Source: a virus
Lineage: Duplodnaviria > Caudoviricetes
IMG/VR virus record: IMGVR_UViG_3300046001_003713
Location: 1-27,965 of that record
Reading direction: 5' to 3' (one strand)
Length of the DNA: 27,965 nucleotides
The position numbers and the translations under genes are program-made. The notes under the pieces are model-generated. The model saw only the letters and a program-made list of their open reading frames with translations, did no database searches and was not told the DNA's origin. Of the stretch, positions 1 through 9,500 are shown piece after piece; the stretch's first letter is position 1, and the number at the start of each line of letters is the position of its first letter.

Positions 1-1
1 C

Positions 2-580
2 CTTTTTAACCATAAAATGGGACATGGTGAAGTAACCAAATGTGATGTTCATTCTGTTGCGAGCATTGAAAAAAGAGTTCCTCTGTTTGAGGCATTTTTA
101 GAAAACGGCGTGAATTGGACTCGCAGGCCACTTCACGCTTTTTGCTGGAAACCAGACGCACCGATTGAACCTTTAGAGGACATTATGTATTGGGATTGCT
201 TTTCCCCATACATTGACGTTCAAAGACGTGCTCGTCTCGCTGGATTACAGGCAGAATTAATTCGTCCCGATGGAAAAAAGGTCGTCGGATCATATATGTT
301 TACTCTTGATTGGTCCTGGGAGAACAAAGGTGTCCCAGATCTTAATTTTTCAGAGACACCTGAACACAAATGTGCTCATTTATTCAAAGTAGAAACGGGA
401 AATTACTACGCATATCCAAATAATCGCATTATTTGGTATGATAATGCCTGGACATTCAACAGAATTGATAAAAATCCTGGTTATGAAATTGATTTGACTG
501 TCTATTCGGTTGAAAATAAGAGAAAATTTGAGACATCTGATCACTATATGTACCAAATTACTGATTTGGAATCAAAATAA
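2..580 (+). CDS. Conserved cyanophage hypothetical protein, probably 5'-truncated by the window edge
   Basis: The frame is open from base 2 (CTT TTT AAC CAT AAA ATG = LFNHKM), and there is no SD before ATG 17, so the true start is probably upstream. The W/Y/C-rich sequence (WTRRPLHAFCWKPDAP, WDCFS, YMFTLDW, EHKCAH, YAYPNN) resembles a family I recall from T4-like cyanophages. Function unknown. Confidence 0.75.
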   Translation, partial: LFNHKMGHGEVTKCDVHSVASIEKRVPLFEAFLENGVNWTRRPLHAFCWKPDAPIEPLEDIMYWDCFSPYIDVQRRARLAGLQAELIRPDGKKVVGSYMFTLDWSWENKGVPDLNFSETPEHKCAHLFKVETGNYYAYPNNRIIWYDNAWTFNRIDKNPGYEIDLTVYSVENKRKFETSDHYMYQITDLESK

Positions 581-583
581 ATA
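576..583 (+). promoter_or_regulatory. Possible T4-type late promoter variant (AATAAATA) upstream of speD
   Basis: One mismatch to TATAAATA. It overlaps the stop codon of the preceding ORF and lies about 20 nt before TTG 605. The AT-rich context makes a chance match possible. Confidence 0.45.
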
Positions 584-604
584 AATTTTTACCAAAAAAT
601 TGAG

Positions 605-946
605 TTGAAACAGTTTTCAATGGGCAAACACCTGCTCCTAGAGGTGTATGATGTTGACTTTGATCTGATTAATGACGTAAATTCTCTTCAGAACGTCATG
701 ATTAGAGGTATTGAACGTGCGAAGATGACGATCTTGAACACTTTTTCGCACTGTTTTCTTCCACAAGGGTGTACAGTCGTCATTGCCCTTGCCGAAAGTC
801 ACGTTTCTTGTCATACTTGGCCAGAAAATGGGTGTCTGGCAGTAGATGTATACACCTGTGGTGAAGGAAATCCCAAATTAATTGCTCTTGAAATACTTAA
901 ATACCTCAATTCAGACTCATATTCACTGCGCGAACTGGATCGTTAA
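605..946 (+). CDS. speD: S-adenosylmethionine decarboxylase proenzyme (pyruvoyl-dependent, short class 1B/SpeH type), phage auxiliary metabolic gene
   Basis: GKHLLLEVY N-terminus, F-x-PQG-x-T, the autocleavage motif LAE|SH (E64-S65, nt 794-799), HTWPE and DVYTCG. TTG start at 605, with an alternative ATG at 620. Confidence 0.93.
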   Translation: MKQFSMGKHLLLEVYDVDFDLINDVNSLQNVMIRGIERAKMTILNTFSHCFLPQGCTVVIALAESHVSCHTWPENGCLAVDVYTCGEGNPKLIALEILKYLNSDSYSLRELDR

Positions 947-949
947 ATA
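942..949 (+). promoter_or_regulatory. Weak candidate late promoter (GTTAAATA) overlapping the speD stop
   Basis: Retains the TAAATA core and sits just upstream of the structured leader. Two mismatches to TATAAATA. Confidence 0.3.
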
Positions 950-954
950 GAAAT

Positions 955-1010
955 AAGGAGATAGCAACCTCCTTTATAAAAGTTCTGTTTTATTCATTAA
1001 AACAGGAGCT
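955..1010 (+). promoter_or_regulatory. Structured leader: two tandem hairpins, the second occluding the SD of ORF 1014
   Basis: AAGGAG(955-960) pairs with CTCCTT(969-974). CTGTTTTA(985-992) pairs with TAAAACAG(998-1005), extendable with a G-U pair and a bulge to 981-1010, which covers the SD AGGAG(1004-1008). Confidence 0.6.
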
Positions 1011-1013
1011 AAA

Positions 1014-1256
1014 ATGTCTAATCTACCAGTCGATAGAGATTCAAATTACATGAGAGAGATGTGGGGAACCACGAAATTAATCACTGATTATAATATAAAC
1101 TCACCAAAAAGAGTCATTCAAGAAATTTATCATGACTTGGCACCCAAGCACAATCTCAAAAAACAAACCGAACTTCATGAGAAAATTCGTAATGATGAAG
1201 ATTACGATGATTGGAGTTATGGAACTGAACCAACATATGGTTCACCTTGGAAATAG
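1014..1256 (+). CDS. Hypothetical protein (80 aa), cyanophage-type
   Basis: Strong SD AGGAG at 1004-1008 and ATG 1014. Acidic/aromatic C-terminus (NDEDYDDWSYG). Fills the gap before gp25. Confidence 0.8.
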   Translation: MSNLPVDRDSNYMREMWGTTKLITDYNINSPKRVIQEIYHDLAPKHNLKKQTELHEKIRNDEDYDDWSYGTEPTYGSPWK

Positions 1257-1258
1257 GA

Positions 1259-1266
1259 TATAAATA
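1259..1266 (+). promoter_or_regulatory. T4-type late promoter TATAAATA (gp55-dependent)
   Basis: Exact consensus, intergenic, 20 nt before the gp25 ATG. Confidence 0.85.
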
Positions 1267-1286
1267 AAGCAAGAAACTTTTGTCCG

Positions 1287-1688
1287 ATGGCAATACAAAG
1301 GATATCTAGATCGTTTAAAGATATTAGTTTATCCTTTGAACCTCATCCGGTCACAAAGGATTTGCCGATATTGAGAAACGAAAACGCAATAAAAAGATCA
1401 GTCAGGAACATTGTAGAGACTCTTCCTACAGAAAAGTTCTTCAATCCAGTTTTTGGATCTGACGTTCGTAGTAGTCTTTTTGAATTTGTTGATTTTGGTA
1501 CTGCCTCAATCATACAAAATCAAATTGAACTTGCGATACGCAACTTTGAAACCAGAGTTGAAAACGTTTCTGTTGAGGTAACTCCTAGACCAGATACTAA
1601 TGAGTTTGAGGCAACCATATTCTTTGACATTATTGGACAAGACTTCCCGACTCAAGAATTTACATTTATCCTAGAGGCAACAAGATAA
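1287..1688 (+). CDS. gp25: Baseplate wedge subunit gp25 (GPW/gp25 family)
   Basis: FKDISLSF..HPVTKDL, NENAIKRSVRNIV.T...EKFFNP.FGS, and FE.RV motifs. 133 aa, immediately before gp6. Confidence 0.92.
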   Translation: MAIQRISRSFKDISLSFEPHPVTKDLPILRNENAIKRSVRNIVETLPTEKFFNPVFGSDVRSSLFEFVDFGTASIIQNQIELAIRNFETRVENVSVEVTPRPDTNEFEATIFFDIIGQDFPTQEFTFILEATR

Positions 1689-1689
1689 A

Positions 1690-3597
1690 ATGCCTTTTAC
1701 ACAGTTTACCAACCTAGATTTTGATCAGATCAAAACTTCTATAAAGGATTATCTTCGTGCGAACTCAAATTTTACAGACTTTGATTTTGAAGGATCAAAC
1801 TTCTCTGTATTAATTGATACTCTAGCATATAACACTTATATCACGGCATTTAATTCCAACATGGTCGTGAATGAGTCTTTCCTAGACTCTGCATCTTTAA
1901 GAGAAAACGTTGTCTCGTTAGCAAGAAATATTGGATACGTACCACGCTCTAGAACGGCGTCTAAAGCGGTTGTTTCATTAACGGTGCCAACTACCACAAC
2001 AAGTCCAACACTGACCTTACAGGCAGGTCTAGTGTGCGTTGGTGGCATTGAAGACACGACCTATACTTTTTCAGTTCCAGAAAATATCACGACCACTGTA
2101 ACTGGAGGTGTGGCATCATTTAGCGATGTCAGCATTTATCAAGGAACTTTTCTTCGTAACCAATTCGTTGTTGATGGATCATTAGATCAGAGATTCCTAT
2201 TAGATAATTCGTTTATTGACACATCAACAATTGTGGTCTATGTAAAGGGTATTTCTGATACTGGACTTGGTAGAGAATATACTTTAGTTGACAACATCTT
2301 AAATCTAGACAGTTCTTCCGAAACATTCCTGATTCAGGAAATAAAAGATGAGAAGTATGAGTTGTTGTTTGGTGACGGCATTTTTGGAAGAAAATTAGAA
2401 AACGGAACTATAATTACAGTCACCTATATCGTCACAGATGGAAAAGACGGTAATGGTGCATCCCTATTTTCATTCTCTGGATCGTTAAGAGGATCTTCAG
2501 ATGAAATTGTAGTCCCGTCATCAACGGTTTCTGTTCTTACCACAACATCCTCATCTAATGGTGGTGATATTGAAAGTATTGACTCAATCAAATACTTTGC
2601 TCCAAGACTCTATTCGTCACAGTATAGAGCGGTTACTGGAAGAGATTATGAGTCTATTATTCAACAAATTTATCCAAATACAGAATCAGTATCTGTTGTG
2701 GGTGGTGAAGAGTTAGATCCCCCACAATTCGGAACCGTTCTGATTAGCATTAAACCAAAAAATGGTGATTACGTTTCTGATTTTGATAAGCAACAGATTT
2801 TGAGTAAACTTAAAAATTACTCATTGACTGGTATTAATCAGTCTATCATTGATCTCAAAGTTCTTTATGTTGAGATTGATACCGCAGTTTACTATGATTC
2901 ACCAAAAGTATCAAATGTAAATGATCTAAAAACAAGAGTTACCAGTGCTCTTACAACTTATGCTTCTTCTACAGATGTTAATAAGTTTGGTGGTAGATTT
3001 AAGTATAGTAAACTTGTGAGAATTATTGATGATGTTGATACTGCGATTACTTCAAATATAACCAGAGTTGTTATAAGAAGAAACTTAAAAGCAGCAGTCA
3101 ATCAATTCGCACAATATGAACTGTGCTTTGGAAATCAGTTTCATATCAATTCCAAAGGGTTCAATATTAAAAGTACTGGATTTAGAATCTCTGGTGAGGC
3201 AGATACAGTATATCTAACAGATGTTCCAAATAAAGATGCTAATGGCAACTTGGATGGGAGTGGAACTGGAGTAATATCTGTAGTTAAACCAGATCTAAAT
3301 GGATTAACTAACCGAGTCGTAATCAAATCAGCGGGAACAGTTGATTATACAACTGGCGAAATAATTTTAACAACAATAAATATCACTTCTACAGATTTAG
3401 GTAATAATATCATTCAGGTCCAAGCATATCCTGAATCAAATGATATCATTGGATTAAAGGATCTATACCTAAACTTTAGCGTTGCTGACAGCACCATAAA
3501 TATGGTTAAGGATACCATATCTTCTGGTGAACAAATATCTGGTATTGGATTTAAGGTAACATCAAATTATCTAAACGGAGAACTCAAGAGGATATAA
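1690..3597 (+). CDS. gp6: Baseplate wedge subunit gp6
   Basis: LDFDQIK..., FTDFDFEGSNFSVLIDTLAYNTY, NESFLDSA..RENVVSLARNIGY.PRS, FGDGIFG, ESIDSIKYFAP..YSSQYRAVT..DYE. 635 aa, similar in size to T4 gp6. Confidence 0.95.
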   Translation: MPFTQFTNLDFDQIKTSIKDYLRANSNFTDFDFEGSNFSVLIDTLAYNTYITAFNSNMVVNESFLDSASLRENVVSLARNIGYVPRSRTASKAVVSLTVPTTTTSPTLTLQAGLVCVGGIEDTTYTFSVPENITTTVTGGVASFSDVSIYQGTFLRNQFVVDGSLDQRFLLDNSFIDTSTIVVYVKGISDTGLGREYTLVDNILNLDSSSETFLIQEIKDEKYELLFGDGIFGRKLENGTIITVTYIVTDGKDGNGASLFSFSGSLRGSSDEIVVPSSTVSVLTTTSSSNGGDIESIDSIKYFAPRLYSSQYRAVTGRDYESIIQQIYPNTESVSVVGGEELDPPQFGTVLISIKPKNGDYVSDFDKQQILSKLKNYSLTGINQSIIDLKVLYVEIDTAVYYDSPKVSNVNDLKTRVTSALTTYASSTDVNKFGGRFKYSKLVRIIDDVDTAITSNITRVVIRRNLKAAVNQFAQYELCFGNQFHINSKGFNIKSTGFRISGEADTVYLTDVPNKDANGNLDGSGTGVISVVKPDLNGLTNRVVIKSAGTVDYTTGEIILTTINITSTDLGNNIIQVQAYPESNDIIGLKDLYLNFSVADSTINMVKDTISSGEQISGIGFKVTSNYLNGELKRI

Positions 3598-3598
3598 G

Positions 3599-6500
3599 AT
3601 GATAGCAACAGGGTTTGAATCAAGAGTACAAATACAACAAATTGTTGAGAATCAACTTCCAGAATTTATTCTATCAGAAAGTCCAAAAGCATCAGAATTT
3701 TTAAAGCAGTATTATATTTCGCAGGAATTTTCTGGTGGACCAGTTGATATTGTAGATAATTTAGATCAATATTTAAAGTTAGATAACCTAACTCCAGAAG
3801 TAATTACTGGAGCAACTTCTTTATCATCAAACATCACCAGCACAGATTCTGTAGTTGTAGTCAATAGTACCAAAGGATTTCCAAATCAGTATGGTCTATT
3901 TAAAATTGATGATGAAATTATTACATATACTGGAATAACCACAAACAGTTTTACTGGTTGTATTCGTGGTTTTAGTGGTATAACAACTTATCATGCAGAC
4001 AATTCACCTGGGGAATTGGTTTTTTCAACTTCTTCTTCGGCAGCACACACCTCTGGTGCAGTTGTTTCAAATTTAAGTTCTTTATTTTTAAAAGAGTTTT
4101 ATACGAAAGTTAAATATACTCTCACTCCAGGATTAGAAAATGTTGATTTTGTTTCTAATCTGGACGTAAGTAACTTCATTAAGGAATCAAAAGTATTCTA
4201 TCAAGCAAAAGGGACCGAAGAATCTTTCAGAATTCTTTTTAATATTTTGTATGGAGTAACACCAAAAGTTATTGATCTTGAGCAATATCTATTAAAACCA
4301 TCTTCCGCACAATTTATCAGAAGAGAAATTGTAATTGCCGAAAGAATTTCTGGTGATCCAAATAAATTGGTTGGGCAAACAATCAGAAAATCTACAGATG
4401 TCAACACTCAGGCATCTGTATCAGAAGTAGAGATTATTACTAGAAAGGGTAGAACCTATTATAAATTAGGTTTATTTGTTGGTTTTGATGAGAAAGATTT
4501 AATTGAGGGATCATTTACAATTCCAGGAAAAACCAAAGTTATTGGAAACGTTTCTACTGGATCATCTGTAATCACTGTTGATTCAACGATTGGATTTAGC
4601 ACATCAGGAACTTTTATCTGTGGTAATGATACCATAACTTACACAAATAAAACTGTAAATCAATTTCTGAATTGTACCGGAATTGACTCTACAATTAGTT
4701 CCACTACAGACTTGAGATCTGATGAAGTCATTTATGGTTATGAAAATGGAGACCTGGCAAAAAAGGTAGAATTAAGAATTACTGGAGTTCTATCAAAATT
4801 TGTTCCCATTTCCGATATTAAACTTACATCAGAAGGTGAGAGAATTTTTGTAAAGAATCTTGGAGAAAATATTATTAATCCTGAAGTTGATAAAACTACA
4901 AAACAAATTTTTAGCAATTCCTGGATTTATAACACATCTTCACGTTATCAAATAGATTCAATTTCTGGTTCTTCATTTACTTTATTATCAAGTATTGATA
5001 AGTCCAGTTTAAAAGAATCTGACAGTGTTGATGTTTTAGTCAGAGGAACTCAAAATGTTGTAGTCTCTAATGCTACAGTAAGAAATATCAATCAAAATAC
5101 AAAAGAAATACTCTTAGATAATTTAGCAGGATTTAGTCCTGTAGTTGGTCTTTCTTATGATATCCGAAGAAATTTAAATAAGGCATATAGTTCTGGAGCA
5201 GAATTACAGTTTGGAAATAACGTAATTACTTCAGATGTTCAAAATGTTTATAATGATCTAGATGAATATTTTTATGTGGCAGCTAACTCTTTGCCATCAT
5301 ATGAGATTACTAAAAATATTTCTAAGGCAACCTTAACTGAAGCAACTGGAGATAAAATTCAAGGTTATAATGCTTCAACTCTAAAATATTCTATCCTATC
5401 TTTTGATTCCGATGTACCATTTATCACTGGGGATGCTGTATACTATTCTCCAGAAATAACGGCGATAACAGGATTATCAGGGGGAATTTATTATGTAAAA
5501 GTTTTAACTAACAAAAATCAAATAAGACTTTATTCATCCAGATCATTTATTCCTATTGATGATTATGTTGAATTTGAACCACTTTCTTCTGGAACAGGAA
5601 GTCACACATTTACTCTTTATGCTAGTTTTGGTAAAAAAATAGGTCCACAAAAGTTACTCAAGAAGTTTCCTTTGGGGGCAAATATTGAATCGGGATATGG
5701 AATAGAAACCGTTCCAGGTCCTATTGGTATTTTAATTAATGGTGTTGAAATTATAAATTATAAATCTGATGATAAAATCTATTATGGTCCAATAGAAAAT
5801 GTAGAAATTTTAAATACTGGATCAAACTATGATGTAATTAATCCACCAACGATTCAGATTTCAACCCCAGGTTCTGGAACGACTTGTTTTGTTCAACCAG
5901 TTGTAAGTGGAATTGTGACCGCAGTTTATGTGGATCCACAAGATTTTGACATAGAAAAAATAATTTCTGTCACTGTTACTGGAGGAAATGGTAGTGGTGC
6001 TGTTTTAGAACCAATTCTTTCAAAAAGATATAGGGAGTTGCCTTTTGATGCTAGACTGAATACAGAGTCTGGTGGAATTGATGTTACTAATGAAACTATT
6101 ACATTCATAAACAACCACAATCTATCAAATGGTCAACCAATTGTTTATAATAGAAATGGAAATAATCCTGTCAGTATTGGAACATTTGCCGGATTAAATA
6201 CTGATCAAAACAAAACGTTACAAAGTGGATCATTATATTATCCACAAATTGTTAATCCAACAACGATTAAACTATATCAGACATTTTCAGATTATTATGT
6301 TGGCATTAACACCGTAGGATTTACTACGGCAAGTAATATTGGTATTCATAAGTTTAGAATATATGATACTAAAAATACATTACAATCTGTCAAAGTTATA
6401 AATCCTGGTGGTGGATATGAAAACAGAAAATTAATTGTAAAGTCAACTGGAATTTCTACAATTACGTCAACTGTTAATTTTGTTAATCACAATTTTAATA

Positions 6501-9500
6501 GTGGTGAAAAGGTTGTATACTCAACAACTGGTACGCCAATAGCAGGATTAACAACAACAAATCAATATTATGTAATTAAATTAGACAATGATTCCTTTAG
6601 ACTATCTGATGCTGGCATTGGTGGAACTATAACTTCCAATTATACAAGAAAAAATTATATTAAATTTGAATCTATTGGATCTGGATATCACAATTTTGAA
6701 TATCCACAAATTCAAGTCAATATTAATGTTGAGTATTCTGGAACAACTGGTGTAATAACTGCGACTCCTGTAATTCGTGGATCAATTGTTGATGCCTATG
6801 TTTATGAGTCTGGTAGTGGATATGGATCAGAAATTCTAAATCTTCAAAAGAAACCAACTCTAACTATTAAGAATGGTAAGAACGGACAATTAAAACCCAT
6901 TATTGTTGACGGTAGAATAGTATCAGTTGAAATCCAAAGTAGAGGATCTGAGTATTATGCCGCTCCTGATTTAGAAGTAAATGGCGATGGAATTGGGGCA
7001 AAATTAAGAGCAAAAGTTCAAAATGGATATATTTCTGAAGTTGTAATTTTAAATTCTGGTGTTAACTATACTCAGGATAAAACTACGGTTTCAATAACCG
7101 CTCCAGGATCTGGTGCTATTCTTGAACCAAAAATAAGAGGAATATCAATTAATAATTTTGAAAGATATGGATCTGAAATTTTAAGAGATTCTGGAGATCA
7201 ATTAGAATATTCTGTAGTCGGTTATTCTACTAACATAGGGAAAACTTATTTTGGAGATGGTGGATTAGATCACTCTCCTATTATTGGTTGGGCATATGAT
7301 GGAAATCCAATTTATGGTCCATATGGATACAGTGACCCATCGGATGAAAATTCTGGAATCAGACTTCTTCAAACAGGATACAGTTCCTCGTCTTCAAATA
7401 TAGAAGATAGACCATCTGGATTTGGAGTAGGATTTTTTGTTGATGATTACAAATTCACAGGTTCTGGAGATTTGGATGAAAATAATGGTAGATTTTGTAG
7501 AACACCAGAATATCCAGAAGGAACATATGCTTATTTTGTAGGCATAAGTACAAATACTTCAACTGGAAAACTAGAACCAAAATATCCATATTTTATCGGA
7601 AATACTTACAGATCAAATCCAATTCAAGAGAATTTCTTAATAGATCAAAATACTTTTGATTTTAACAGTTCTAATTTAATCAGAAACACTTTCCCATATA
7701 AAGTATCCGATACTTATGCTGATAATGATTTTATCATTGAGTCAAACGAATATGTTGATCAAACAGCAATCGTTGATTCGGTTACTAAAGGATCGGTAGA
7801 TTCATTCCAAATTGTTGAAGCGGGTAGCGATTATAAGATTGGTGATTCAGCAACATTTGACAATACTGGAACTAGTGGTGGAGGTTTAAGTGCCTACGTT
7901 AAAACTTTAACTGGAAAGGAAGTTACAAGTTTACAGACAACTATTGAGCAGTATAATAACGTTGTCTTTATTTGGGACAATCCAAATCAAATCTCCGCTT
8001 ATATTTCTACATCACACGCTTTAAATGATGGTGATAATGTTGTAGTATCTGGATTATCTACATCAATAAGATCTTTAACGTCTTCTCATGTTTCTGGCGT
8101 ATCTACAGTAAGGACTGTAGTTTACAAGGAAATATCTGCTAATTCAACAGCAGGTGTTGTGACAGATATCTATGTTTCTTCTATACCAAATTCAATATCT
8201 ATTGGGAGTAGTATAGGCATTGGAACAGAGAGACTTTTTGTTCTGAATAGATTTACTGATAAAAATATCTTAAGAGTAAAGAGAGGTGTTTCTGGATCAG
8301 CACATACAGCATCATCATTTGTTGATCTAATTCCAAGTTTCTTAACTTTACCTGTACAGTCAGACTATTTTGACTCTAAAGTGGATGATAAGTATTATTT
8401 CAATCCAAAAGAGTCTGTTGGTGTAGGAACCATTGTAGGTATTGGTACATCGGTAAATTATACCAAAGGGGAACTTTTAGAGGTAGTTTCTGTACCTACA
8501 CAAAGTATATACTTACCAAATCACCAATTTAAAACAAACCAGGAAGTTGTTTTTACAAAACCATCGTCTGGTCTGGGTCTAACAGTATCCAATTCATCTG
8601 GTGGTTCTACTTTTAATCTACCAAGTAGTGGAAACAGTCAAACTGTATACATCATAAACAAATCGAATGATTACATTGGTATTGTAACTCAAGTTGGACT
8701 TACAACTAATACAAACGGTCTATTCTTTGTAAATAATGGTTCTAATCAATTTGATTACTTACTAGAATCTAATTTCTCTCAAGTAACTGGATCTGTTCAA
8801 AAAATTACCACTCAAGTTTCAGTTTCAACATCCCACAATTTATCCAATGGTGATAATATTACTCTCACCGTAGAATCAAATCAATCTGTTGGGATTGGAA
8901 CTTCTGGATCAGTAGTAGTCAAGTACAATTCATCAAGAAATAAAATTTTAATTGATCCAGTAGGATTTTCTTCATCTTCAATAGATTTGTCAGAGAATAA
9001 AATCACAATACCATCCCATAGGTTAAAAACTGGTGATAAAGTATTCTATGATTCTAATTTAGTTTCAAGTGGATTAAGCACTGGTGAATATTTTGTTTAT
9101 AGAATTGATGACAATAATATTAAATTATCGGAAACATATTATGATGCTGCAACATACCCACCAAATATTGTAAGTTTGGGATCTACTGGTGGATCCAATC
9201 ACCAAATTTCACCGATCAATCCAGAGATTTTTGTAATTAATAACAATGATTTAGTTTTTGATCTCACTGATTCTTCGCTATTGGGTTATAAATTCAAACT
9301 ATTCTATGATGCTGAATTTAAAAACGAATTCGTGTCCACTGGAAGCACCGATGTTTTCGTTGTTTCTGGAGTTGGTACAGTAGGATTAACTACCAATGCA
9401 TCACTAACACTTGGTTATTCAGTAGATAATCCAACTAACCTATTTTATACATTAGAAAAATCTGGATATATTAGCACATCAGATACGGATGTGTTTAACC

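Noticed and set aside
1226-1244. 7-bp hairpin TGAACCA-ACATA-TGGTTCA
   Set aside because: Inside coding sequence, no U-tract, and short enough to occur by chance.
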